A DNA stretch of 63,690 bases, the filler included, from Octopus bimaculoides (Eukaryota): NCBI RefSeq assembly GCF_001194135.2. It is 7 parts of 6 records of this genome, joined end to end, with 100 filler letters (N's around TTAATTAATTAA, not from the genome) between each part and the next. Parts side by side here need not be neighbours in the genome. Positions count along the whole stretch, not along the records: positions 1 to 30,362 come from NC_068986.1; 6 more parts are not named here. One strand, 5' to 3'. The notes below the pieces were generated by a model. That model saw nothing but the letters and a program-made list of their open reading frames with translations, was not told where the DNA came from and made no database searches. The stretch's first letter is position 1; each line of letters starts with the position of its first letter. A program made the position numbers and the translations under genes. Below, piece after piece: positions 1 through 10,829 of this stretch.

Positions 1-173
1 ACTATACTGCTGGCTGGATGCGCAGGTCAATATTTCCCTCCTGATTGAAAGGGGGACTGGAGCAACATGAAATAAAGTGTTTTACTCAAGAAAACAACAC
101 ATCACCTGGTCAGGTAATCAAGCCCATGGTCTAGCAATCGTGAGTGCAACACCCTAGACACTAGGCCACACAT
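1..173 (-). mobile_element. tRNA-derived SINE, 5' part (runs off window edge)
   Basis: Minus strand reads gtggcctagtgtctagggtgttgcactcacgattgc..., a decayed A-box/tRNA head; related copy near 35050-35290. Confidence 0.65.
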
Positions 174-176
174 CTT

Positions 177-254
<78 letters not shown>

Positions 255-465
255 GATGAGCACATAAGTGCAAAACAAAGGGTAAAAAATAGCACTCAGA
301 TACCAATAATAGAGTAATATACTTTTTATTAAAGCTACAAAATTATCATAGAACTGTTACTCAGAGTTCCATGTTTCCATTTGTCGGACAGTTGTGATAA
401 ATAGTGAATTTAGTATTTTTTACAACTGTCCAACAACTGAAGATACACTTTGGTCTCTTATATGT
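255..465 (-). mobile_element. Penelope-like terminal-repeat (pLTR) remnant with long hairpin
   Basis: Inverted repeat ggacagttgt(386-395)...acaactgtcc(422-431) plus embedded degenerate hammerhead; boundaries approximate. Confidence 0.5.
352..393 (-). ncRNA. Degenerate minimal type I hammerhead ribozyme motif
   Basis: AACUGU-CCGACAA-AUG(GAAA)CAU-GGAA-CUCUGAG-UA-ACAGUU: 6-bp stem I, 3-bp stem II, near-palindromic stem III, GUA site; core changes U4C, G8A, A13G. Confidence 0.6.
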
Positions 466-474
466 AAGTATATA

Positions 475-2091
475 CAGTGGGGGGGAAATAAATATTTGTA
501 AATGTTAAAATTCTTTATTTATTTAATTTCTAATGAACATAAATGGGATATACCAATACTATATTTGCATACACATGCATAAACTAAGAATATGCAAAAG
601 AATCTAATAAATTATAGTAACTAATGAATTTATATACAATTATAAATATTTAGGGGTGAAAAAAGTATTCATACAGAATAAATTTATGACTTTCTATGCC
701 ACAAAATACTGTTAAAATAATAATTTTTTTTACTAGAACTTTCTCGTTTGTTCCAATAATCTTATCAGTAGTCATTTTTAAGTGTCATAATGCTAGCTTC
801 TTCATTCAGCTCTGAGACAACATAAAGTAGTGTCGTAATAATGGCGAAAAGTAAAGAACTCACAAATTCGGTGAAAAACTTAATTATTGAACAGTGGAAA
901 GCAGGTAAAAGTTACAGGAAAATATCAGAGACCCTTTGTATTCCATTTTCTACCATATCTTTATTTATTCAAAGATATAAAAAAAATCAGGAACTGTTGA
1001 AAATAGAATAAGACCCGGTGCGCCATGCAAGATTTCCCCTAGATCTTTAAGAAAAATGAAGCAAAGAATCGAAAAAAATGCAATGATCACCAGAAAAGAG
1101 CTTCAAGGAGAGTTGTTAGCTTCAGGGACTAGTGTTACACTACGAACAATCAGCAATGAACTTCATAGGAATGAACTGAAGTCATGCTCTCCTAGAAAAA
1201 CTCCACTGTTGACTAAAATGCATAGAGATGCCTGTTTAAAATTTGTTTATGAACATAAAGATAAATCTGATACATTCTGGGAAAATGTTCTTTGGACAGA
1301 CGAGTTGTAAATTGAATTGTTTGGACAAAATTCACGTAGCCATGTTTGGAGGAAAGATGGTATCGCCTATTCGTCGAAAAACACAATTCCTACTGTAAAG
1401 ATTGGAGGTGGCAACATCATGGTGTAGGGGTGTTTCTCTTCAAATAGCACTGTCAATTTACTTGTGATAGATGGTAGAATGAATGCAGAGATGTACCAAA
1501 ATATTTTAAACAATAATTTATGTGACTCTGTAGAAAAGCTCCAGCTTTGTGAAGGGTGGGTTTTACAACAGGATAACAACCCTAAGCATACAGTGAAGTC
1601 TACCAAAAAATGGATTGTCAATCACAATATAAAATTATTAGAATGACCAAGCCAGTCACCTGACTTAAACTCCATTGAAAATTTGTGGCGTTATTTGAAA
1701 ATTAAAATTCATTCAAGAGCTCCAACGTGCATTCCAGATTTGAAGAAAATTTGTCAAGAAGAATGGGAAAAAATCCCTAAAGAAACATGCGAGTCATTGA
1801 TTAAGAACTACAAGAAGTGATTGGTTGAAGTGGAACTGAATAATGGTTATACTACGAAGTATTAAATCAGAATTATCAGTTATATATGTTCTGTATGAAT
1901 ATGTTTTTCACCCCTGAATATTTATAATTGTATATAAATTTATTAGTTACTATAATTTATTAGTTTCTTTTGTATATTCTTAGGTTATGCATGTATATGC
2001 AAATATAGTATTGGTATATTCTATTTATGTTCATTATAAATTAAATAAATAAAGAATTTTGACATGTACGAATATTTATTTCCCCCCACTG
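475..2091 (+). mobile_element. Full-length Tc1-family DNA transposon with ~200-bp IR/DR-type TIRs
   Basis: TA|CAGTGGGGGGGAAATAAATATT at left, AATATTTATTTCCCCCCACTG|TG at right; TIRs about 475-680 and 1890-2091 with inner direct repeats. Confidence 0.95.
841..1865 (+). pseudogene. Tc1 DD34E transposase, disrupted
   Basis: MAKSKELT...GKSYRKIS HTH region, WTDE, GGGNIMV, QQDNNPKH...[11 protein letters not shown] (34 residues between D and E); one frameshift in the A run at ~980 and in-frame stops at 1308, ~1425, ~1644, ~1818. Confidence 0.95.
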
Positions 2092-2339
2092 TGTATATAT
2101 ATATCTAAATTTTGTACGACTCTATTATTCTTTCATTCTTTCCTTCTTTCTATCAGCCCTTTCACACTTCGTTCATTCCACTCTTTGTGCTTACGTTCCC
2201 ACTCTCTCACATTTCCTGGCCTTCTCTTCATGCTTACTTTCCCTCCTCTTTCACTGCACTGCATCTCTTTCATTTTTTCTTGCCCCTTCTTAATTCTTCT
2301 ATCCCTCTGCCTCTACCTCTCTCTCTCTTCTCTCTCCAC

Positions 2340-2770
2340 ATGACCGGTGTTCAGCCAGACCTGATCTTTCTTTCTTGGTTTGACTACCATCCATGCAACA
2401 TCTATATTCCTCCCTGTGCCTGTTGAATCTTATTTCCCTGCCATAAGGCTTTACTTCCACACAAGCCTGCTTAATTCAATTCATCCTTAGTCAAAAGACA
2501 CCTGTTGTTATGTCCTGTTAATTGCATTTGTATTGTGTAACATTTGTCTGTTTTTTTCTGTCCTTGTTTTCGTATACATTCGCTGCTTTCTTCCAAGGAA
2601 TCTAATGCTCTTAGCTTATTTTTTCCTTGAGGCTGGCTAGATTGGAGCAATCTTGAGTATAACCAGCCGAAATTGCAAAGATAATCTGGAACTTGACTGA
2701 GGATAGAAAACTCCGAATGACCCGTCCTTGTTTTCCTTGTATCATCTGTCTGGATGTTTTGTTGTCCCTT
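2340..2770. repeat. Unclassified interspersed repeat with hammerhead-like hairpin
   Basis: GGCTGG..AGATTG gag CAATCT..CCAGCC-GAAA hairpin at 2631-2672; class not established. Confidence 0.35.
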
Positions 2771-2822
2771 TTTTGTATCACCTAACTGTCTGGATGTTTT
2801 GTATTCTTGTCCCATTTTTGTA

Positions 2823-2903
<81 letters not shown>

Positions 2904-2933
2904 CCTATAATACAATATGTGACAATTATTCGA

Positions 2934-3008
2934 TTGCCATAATAAAACACTGAGTTTCGGATGTCAGGGTGGAAATCTGATCTGGCATCTCGTCAGTTAT
3001 TAAGACAA
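2934..3008 (-). ncRNA. Type I hammerhead ribozyme, catalytic core intact
   Basis: UUGUCUUAAUAA-CUGACGA-GAUGCCAG..CUGACAUC-C-GAAA-C(UCAGU)G-UU-UUAUUAUGGCAA; stem I 11 bp with one U.U mismatch; predicted GUU cleavage between 2946 and 2945. Confidence 0.8.
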
Positions 3009-3284
3009 ACAAAAATGCTATGAAAATGACCATTAAACAAAGGGAAATTATTATGAAGATGATCGTTATTAAGACAAACAAAAGAGCTATTAGAATGACT
3101 GTTAAATAAAGGGAAAAAACGCGAAAGGGGAGAAAGTAAAAAATACTCATAGAATTCGCGTATGTGGGCATGTACATACATACACATGCCTACACACACA
3201 CACCAACATACATGTGCATATATGCATATGCTCACTCACACTTGCATGAAACACATACATACACACCAACACACACACCTATAT

Positions 3285-4260
3285 GTATCAATGTGAATAC
3301 CCGTCAGAGTGTAAGTATCTTGAGAGAAAAGCTGAACATTAGAAGCATCAGTTGTGGCGTGCAAGAGAGACGATTGCGCTGGTATGGACATGTGGTGAGA
3401 ATGGAGGAGGATAGCTGCGTGAAAAAGTGCCACACCCTAACAGTTGAGGGAACCCGTGGAAGAGGTAGGCCCAGGAAGACCTGGGCTGAGGTGGTGAGGC
3501 AAGACCTTCGTACATTGGGCCTCACCGAGGCGATGACTACGGACCGAGACCTTTGGAAATGGGCTGTGCGTGAGAAGACCCGGCAAGCCAAGTAAGATCG
3601 TTGCCAGTGCCCCTGGACTGGTTCTTGTNNNNNNNNNNNNNNNNNNNNNNNNNNNNNNNNNNNNNNNNNNNNNNNNNNNNNNNNNNNNNNNNNNNNNNNN
3701 NNNNNNNNNNNNNNNNNNNNNNNNNNNNNNNNNNNNNNNNNNNNNNNNNNNNNNNNNNNNNNNNNNNNNNNNNNNNNNNNNNNNNNNNNNNNNNNNNNNN
3801 NNNNNNNNNNNNNNNNNNNNNNNNNNNNNNNNNNNNNNNNNNNNNNNNNNNNNNNNNNNNNNNNNNNNNNNNNNNNNNNNNNNNNNNNNNNNNNNNNNNN
3901 NNNNNNNNNNNNNNNNNNNNNNNNNNNNNNNNNNNNNNNNNNNNNNNNNNNNNNNNNNNNNNNNNNNNNNNNNNNNNNNNNNNNNNNNNNNNNNNNNNNN
4001 NNNNNNNNNNNNNNNNNNNNNNNNNNNNNNNNNTGGCACATAAAAGACACCATTTCGAGCGTGGCCGTTTTCGTGCGGGTGACACGTAAAAGCACCCACT
4101 ACACTCTCTGAGTGGTTGGCGTTAGGAAGGGCATCCAGCTGTAGAAACTCTGCCAAATCAGACTGGAGCCTGGTGTTGCCATCCGGTTTCACCAGTCCTC
4201 AGTCAAATCGTCCAACCCATGCTAGCATGGAAAGCGGACGTTAAACGATGATGATGATGA
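3285..4260 (+). mobile_element. RTE-clade LINE 3' fragment (ORF end, hairpin-module 3' UTR, (ATG)n tail), gapped
   Basis: ...ERRLRWYGHVVRMEEDSCVKKCHTLTVEGTRGRGRPRKTW...; tail ...gcggacgttaaacgatgatgatgatga; inserted into the inverted pLTR. Confidence 0.9.
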
Positions 4261-4344
4261 TATATGCAACCATACACATGTGCACATACATATCCGCACA
4301 CATGCACACACACATGTATATATACATGTATATAAAATGTCAAT

Positions 4345-5260
4345 TTCCTAGGTGTGTCTTTAGATTCAAATAAGAATATTTACAAACTTTATAGGAAGTC
4401 CACTAATAGACTTAGTTATATTAAAGTAGGTTCCTGCCATCCCCCCATAGTGTTTAAAAATTTAGTTAAAAACATTAGCAAAAGAATTTCTAGCCTCTCC
4501 TCCGATAGGGACATTTTTAATAGTGTTACCCCAGTATATAATAATGCTCTAAAAGATAGTGGATTTAGTGATGAAAAAACCTATACACCTACCACCAGTC
4601 CAATAATAAAGAAAAGGAAACACAGGAATAGGAAAACTGATTCACACCCCCTTACTCCCCCAAAGTGACCTTTAATATAGGTAAATATTTCTTATCACTT
4701 ATAGATAGACATTTTCCAATCAATTATAATTACAGAAAGCTCTTCAATAGACATAACTTAAAAATCAGTTTTAGCTCAACTACTTATTTTAAAAATATAA
4801 TTGCACACAACATGCAAAAACAACAAAATGAACCAGCTGTTCATGCAGAGATAAAAATTTGTGCCCACTAAATGGAGCTTGAATGTCTGAGACCATCATT
4901 TATGAAGCCACGATAGACTCTACAACCACAAAGGACATAGTTTTGTTAAAGAAATATGTGGGTCTCACAGAGGGGAATTTTAAAGCCAGGTTCAACAATC
5001 ACGCCTTGTGCTTCAGACACTGGAAAAAAGAAAAACAACCAAATTATCCAGTTATATATGGTCCTTAAAAGAAAAAGGTGTCAATTACAACATCCATTGG
5101 AAGATCTTAGCCAAGTGTAAGCCTTACACCAACGGCAGTGGAAAATACAGTCTTTGTGATATGGAAAGATGGTTCATCTGGAAAAGCAGCTTACATGTCT
5201 GAATTCAAAATCTGAACTTTTCAGATCATGTCCACATATGGCTAAATATTTGTTATGTTT
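4345..5260 (+). pseudogene. PLE RT thumb plus GIY-YIG endonuclease, frameshifted
   Basis: YRKSTNRLSYI..SCHPP, IYEATI..KYVGLTEGNFKARFNNH, LSSYIWSLKEK..WKIL, LNSKSELFRSCPH spread across several frames. Confidence 0.9.
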
Positions 5261-5996
5261 TTTGGTCCCCCAACCCAAGATCACAGATAGAATCTGCTTT
5301 TTATATTGTGTCCACATACAAGCATTTTATCTCTCTATTTTTTTATATATATATTTTTTACAGATTTTTATATATATTTTTATATATTTTTATTGCTTTA
5401 TATAGTTTTACATATTTTTTCTATATATTACTTTTCACCCTGCATTTTGTGCATGTGCATATGTAGATGTGTATATGAACATAATTGTGCGCATGTGGGT
5501 ATATATACATGTGTGTGCGTGTGTGCGGGTATGTGTGTGCGGGCATGTGTATGGTTACATATATATATGTATACATATAGGTGTGTATGTGGGTGTGCAT
5601 GTATGTGTTTCACATGAGTGTATATGCATATTTAGATGTGTATATGAATATAATTATGAACATATGGGTATATATACGTGTGTGTGTGTGTGTGTGTGTG
5701 TGTGCGGATATGTTTGTGTACATGTGTATGGTTGCATATATATATATACATATAAGTATGTGTTTGATGCAAATGTGAGTGAGCATATGCATATATGCAC
5801 ATGTATGTGGGTGTGCATGTGCATATGTATGTACGTGTGCACATACGCGAATTCTATGAGCGTTTTTTACTTTCTCTCTTTTCGAGTTTTTCCCTTTATT
5901 TAATGGTCATTCTAATACCTCTTTTGTTTGTCTTCATAATGGTCGTCTTCATAGTAATTTCCCTTTGTTTAATGGTCATTTTCATAGCATTTTTGT

Positions 5997-6071
5997 TTGT
6001 CTTAATAACTGATGAGATGCCAGAGCAGATTTCCACCCCGACATCCAAAACTCAGTGTTTTATTATGGCAA
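5997..6071 (+). ncRNA. Type I hammerhead ribozyme, G12A (likely inactive) sister of 2934-3008
   Basis: Same stems; CUGAUGA intact but GAAA reads AAAA (position 6047). Confidence 0.75.
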
Positions 6072-6260
6072 TCGAATAATTGTCACATATTATATTACAG
6101 ATAAATTCCTCTATTTACATAATATCGAAGTCTCATTCATTCTTTTGTTGTCATACTATTAATATTTATATATATGTATATATATATATATATAAATTTT
6201 TTTCAGAATGAGATAAAAAACCAAGGCTGTGAAGATGTTAGAACATTTATAAATAGAAGT

Positions 6261-6306
6261 TCTTACAGCTGTTTCCAGGATATTTATTATATCCCTTCAT
6301 TGGAGA
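6261..6306 (-). ncRNA. Degenerate type I hammerhead motif
   Basis: UCU-CCAAUGA-A-GGGAUAU(AAUAA)AUAUCCU-G-GAAA-CAGCUG-UA-AGA: palindromic stem III ACAGCUGU, GUA site; core U4C, G5A. Confidence 0.65.
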
Positions 6307-7099
6307 TGGTGTGAGAAAATGGTTAAACAATAGTTAATTTAGATAAGATACGAAATAGAGAATGAAATGGAGGAATGAAAATAGATGTGAGATATGCAGG
6401 GATATTGCATTTGTAGATCCATTATTTAGGCAGAATGGTATACGTATAAGATTCCAATACCTTGTGAGTAAAATCCAATAGTATTTAAAATTGGTCATTC
6501 CAAGTATAGAGTTTGTACACAGTGCTATTGAATCAAGGGTTTTATTTAAAGTGACTTAAAAGTAGGGAATATATTTGTAAGGTCAAATCGAAAATAGGAA
6601 GAAAGGAATAAAGAAAAGAGGGGGAAAAAAGAGAGAAGAAAAAAGAAAAACAGGATGAGAGGAATAAAGAAAAGAAAGAAGAAAAGAAAAAAAGAAAAAC
6701 AGGAAAGAGATAATAAGGGAAAGTGTACCAGTTAGTGGTCAGTCAAGATAATTTGAAAGTAGGAATGGGGAGATGAGGGTGATAGAGAGAGAAAGGTATT
6801 AGAGTGTAAAAAGATAGAAGGAATGGGGATGATAGAGAGAGAGGAGGAACTTCAACCATGTTTTGTGGTCTGCTACCACAACAGCTCCTTTATGGGATCC
6901 AGTTAGCTCAAGACATCATCAGGAGGAACCATGTCCGGTTTCGGCCCCTACTCCTCTACCGTTTTAATGTGGTGCCCCCCCCCCTTTCGGAGGTGTCTTC
7001 AGCTCTGGTATTGAGTGCATGTCTTCTTTCTCCTTCTTTCTTGTTCCCTGGCCTCTTTGATGTAGCGTCAACGAGTGGCTGACTGTCTTGTCAAATTTC

Positions 7100-7648
7100 C
7101 CTTTAAATACCCACTGCTAGGCTCCAGCAGGCAGCCCCAGCAAGTTGTCACATGACACTGTCTAAACTTTAACTGACCAATAGAGGGAAGGTAGTCTTAG
7201 CCCACGCATTCTCTAAACAAGACCGTCACCTGTCAATCAGCGAAGCTACTTGAGTGTCAGCCTGTCTCACCTAGTGATGTTATTTTCCTGCCGGCATGTT
7301 ATGACTTTCAAGCCATTATTAGTCTTCCTGCTTCAGCCATATATAGAAGCTGGCTTTTTCGACTGCTTCTTGTATTATCCTTATTAGTTTTCTCAATTCC
7401 GAGCTAGAAAATGCAAATCTTCTTTTGAATAATGTTGTCATTTTTCTTTCAATGAAGCCCCTAGTTCCCACTGCCAGGTGGTAATACTCGACAGTCCATC
7501 CCTGTTCTCTGCACTCTTTGATTAGTTTTTCGTACGTCTTCTCCTTTCGTTTCTCTGCATTGTCAATGTTCTCTTCCCATGGCACTGTCAGTTCTAGCAA
7601 AATTCCTATTCTCTGTTCTCTGTCCCATAGGACTAAGTCTGTCAAGGT
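7100..7648 (-). mobile_element. 3' fragment of an R2-group (RLE-encoding, HERO/NeSL-like) non-LTR retrotransposon
   Basis: ORF 7319-7645: DLVLW..ILLELTVPWEENIDNAEKRKEKTY..GW..VGTRGF..AVEKASFYIWLK, a PD-(D/E)xK RLE C-terminus. Confidence 0.8.
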
Positions 7649-8189
7649 ATAAAAAGTAAAAGAGTATCAGTTATGTAGTGATAGAGTCTAAGTAATGGGG
7701 CAGAGAGAGGGGTAGTAGTATGGAATGAAGAATTTAGGAATATAGATTAGGTGGTTGGACAGGTCAGTGCTTAGTAATAGAAGAAAATATGTATGTGAAG
7801 ATGTATACATATGTATATATTAGACATGTATATATATATTCATACAGATGTTTATACATATCAATATCTACATATATAACTCGTACTCATATGTGTATGT
7901 ACACATGCACACCCATATATACATGTATCTGTATGTATTATCGCCCCTGTACACGCAGGTATATATATACCTTGCATACATACATACATTAACACATACA
8001 CACATACATACATACACACATACACACACACATATATNNNNNNNNNNNNNNNNNNNNNNNNNNNNNNNNNNNNNNNNNNNNNNNNNNNNNNNNNNNNNNN
8101 NNNNNNNNNNNGGATTAGGAGTTAAAATGTAGATTTATAAGGTTATTGGGATTACCTAAGAAGTATTGTGGAAATATACTGTATGGTCG

Positions 8190-8640
8190 TTTAGGCATTT
8201 GGATTTGTGGTAGAATTTGAATGCGTGAAAAAAGCGGTGGTTGCATGTGCTTAGTGCCTCATTACGTTTATTTAGCAGTGCTGGAGAGTTGTGCTTTAAT
8301 ATGTGAAGTGCCTCCTTCAGGCAAGGTTTGCAGGTTGGGCGTTGAAGCCCTGAGTCCAGTATGGACCCTGATAGAGTATAGGGTATATTTGTATTTTTGA
8401 GATGATGTATGTGGTTGGCGAGTGTTGTAGATTTATAATGTTCATTCTATTTAAAAGAATGGAGGTAAGTGACATATCATTGCTTAAAAATTTTGGTTGA
8501 TCCTATGTATATGGCTGTAGAGTTGTGTAATAGACTAAGGACAGTGCATTTGTAAATTAAATTATATCTTCTGCAATGGGTTTGTAATGGGCAGATGGTT
8601 CCAGGACAGCAATTACAATTAAGTGAATTTTGGGGACTGT
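8190..8640 (-). pseudogene. PLE GIY-YIG endonuclease remnant
   Basis: CNCCPGTICPLQTHC..IYKCTV..IYIGSTKIFK..STTLANHIHHLK..CKPCLKE..LLNKRNEALSTCNH with stops. Confidence 0.85.
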
Positions 8641-8929
8641 GTTCAGGAATAGAGAAGGTAATATTGTCAGAAGAGAGGTTTGAGAAGGGGGTAGAAGATT
8701 CTATATTATTAGTATTTTTAGCATTATCATTACAATCATTGCTATTATTACTATTGTTTTTATTAATTGTACTATTTGTAAGGGTGGTAGAGATTGTGGT
8801 GGTGCTCCAGTCAGTGTCAGTAGGATGGGTTGGGTTGTGGTTGTGGTCTAATATAAGGGTTAGGGTTAGAAGGTGCTAGAAGGTGACACTGGTGACGATT
8901 CTGCTCAAATGGTGCTATTTACGGGCCAC

Positions 8930-9739
8930 TAGCATGGAAGCCAGACAGTTACTCTGGCAATGAACACGCTCGGACAGTGCTGTTAGTGCTCCACTGGCGC
9001 AGGTGCCAGTCATTGAGTATGGTTCAACTACGATTTCAATTTCACTTGCCCTAACAGGTCTTTGCAAGTAAAGTTTAGTGTCCAGTGAAGGAGAGGTTGG
9101 CATGGGTGCCAGTCGTCGAATTCGGTTCAATTTCTGCAAATTTCAAATTGAAAATTCACTTGCCTCAACAGGTCTTCACAAGCAGAGTTTTTAATGTCCA
9201 ATGAAGTAACGATACGAATAAGTGAGCTGGCTACACTTCTGACAGTGGCCACAGATTATGCTCTCACTTGCCTTGCCGAGTCTTCTCACGTACTGCATAT
9301 TTCCAAAGGTCCCAGTCACTGGTCATTGCCTCGGTGAGGACTAAAGTTCGAAGGTCGTGCTTCACCACCTCATCCCAGGTCTTCCTGGGTCTACCTCTTC
9401 TACAGGTTCTCTCCACTGCTATCCTCATCCATTCTTGCCACATGTCCATACCAGCGCAATTGTCTCTCCTGCACACCACAACTGATGCTTCTTAGGTCTA
9501 ACTTTTCTCTCAAGGTACTTACACTCTATCGAGTATGCACACTGACATAACACATCCATTGGAGCATACTGGCTTCGTTCCTTGCGAGCTTATGCATGTC
9601 CTCAGCAGTCACAGTCCATTTTCACTGCCATGTAGCATGGCTGTTCGTACACATGCGTCATACAGTCTGCCATTTACTCTGAGTGAGAGGCCCTTTGTCA
9701 CCAGCAGAGGTAAGAGCTCTCTGAACTTTGCCCAGGCTA
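8930..9739 (-). mobile_element. RTE LINE 3' fragment with modular 3' UTR
   Basis: AWAKFRELLPLLVTKGLSLRV.GRLYDACVRTAMLHGSE; GRPRKTWDEVVKHDLR. Confidence 0.9.
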
Positions 9740-10829
9740 NNNNNNNNNNNNNNNNNNNNNNNNNNNNNNNNNNNNNNNNNNNNNNNNNNNNNNNNNNNNN
9801 NNNNNNNNNNNNNNNNNNNNNNNNNNNNNNNNNNNNNNNNNNNNNNNNNNNNNNNNNNNNNNNNNNNNNNNNNNNNNNNNNNNNNNNNNNNNNNNNNNNN
9901 NNNNNNNNNNNNNNNNNNNNNNNNNNNNNNNNNNNNNNNNNNNNNNNNNNNNNNNNNNNNNNNNNNNNNNNNNNNNNNNNNNNNNNNNNNNNNNNNNNNN
10001 NNNNNNNNNNNNNNNNNNNNNNNNNNNNNNNNNNNNNNNNNNNNNNNNNNNNNNNNNNNNNNNNNNNNNNNNNNNNNNNNNNNNNNNNNNNNNNNNNNNN
10101 NNNNNNNNNNNNNNNNNNNNNNNNNNNNNNNNNNNNNNNNNNNNNNNNNNNNNNNNNNNNNNNNNNNNNNNNNNNNNNNNNNNNNNNNNNNNNNNNNNNN
10201 NNNNNNNNNNNNNNNNNNNNNNNNNNNNNNNNNNNNNNNNNNNNNNNNNNNNNNNNNNNNNNNNNNNNNNNNNNNNNNNNNNNNNNNNNNNNNNNNNNNN
10301 NNNNNNNNNNNNNNNNNNNNNNNNNNNNNNNNNNNNNNNNNNNNNNNNNNNNNNNNNNNNNNNNNNNNNNNNNNNNNNNNNNNNNNNNNNNNNNNNNNNN
10401 NNNNNNNNNTATATTTAGGTTAGTTGAAGCAAGTTTGTCACATATTTCAACTGCTAGTGGTAAATACACTGCAGTTACCATGGAGAAAAAAATCTCACTA
10501 ATGGTAAAAAGGTGTGAAAACTCCCAGTTCATTCATTGTTGCCATCTCTCAGGAATCTCAGAATTCGATGTTTTGAGTTTTTGACTCTTATGAATAAAAT
10601 CTAAGTAAGAGGTGATTCTTTATTATGATAATTATATATCACTATATATCACACATAGATGGGACAACGCAGGACTTTACAAACAAATAGTGTGTTTATG
10701 AAATTCTTTTTAAAGTGGTTTTAAAAATATGATGATGAATGTTATATTGTAAAAATTTACAAGCTTTACAAGTTTACCCTTGGCCATGAAGCCCATCGGC
10801 TACACCATACTTTTCTACCATGGATGAGA

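Larger units (their letters stand above)
2895..6160 (+). mobile_element. 5'-truncated Penelope-like element with inverted upstream pLTR copy
   Basis: 2895-3285 plus 4260-4335 are the reverse complement of the 3' repeat (~5490-6110); ORF remnant in between; inverted-pLTR architecture is typical of PLEs. Confidence 0.85.
6190..8900 (-). mobile_element. Second Penelope-like element remnant, interrupted
   Basis: GIY-YIG coding remnant at ~8190-8640 and hammerhead-bearing terminus at ~6260-6310; boundaries approximate, and assigning both parts to one element is inferred. Confidence 0.65.

Noticed and set aside
4186-4203. CUGAGGA-CUGGU-GAAAC in every RTE tail as a hammerhead
   Set aside because: No stem II, ACCGGA lacks the U16.1 pair, and there is no stem I complementarity
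5306-5903. Cys/Val/Tyr/His-rich ORFs here and at 2471-3235, 7789-8132, 47020-48003, 63311-63574
   Set aside because: Translations of TA/TG/CA microsatellite mosaics
6850-7005. Two further CUGAUGA/CUGAAGA...(G)AAAC motifs on the minus strand
   Set aside because: Stems I and II pair poorly and core positions are missing; possibly very old relics but not supportable
10410-10584. ..QFIHCCHL peptide as a hAT transposase relic
   Set aside because: Only a few residues match; no TIR or further motifs
9535-10584. Long ORFs spanning N runs (also 3304-4192, 29320-30003, 30900-31688, 39648-40945, 54724-55515)
   Set aside because: Length is an artefact of untranslatable gaps
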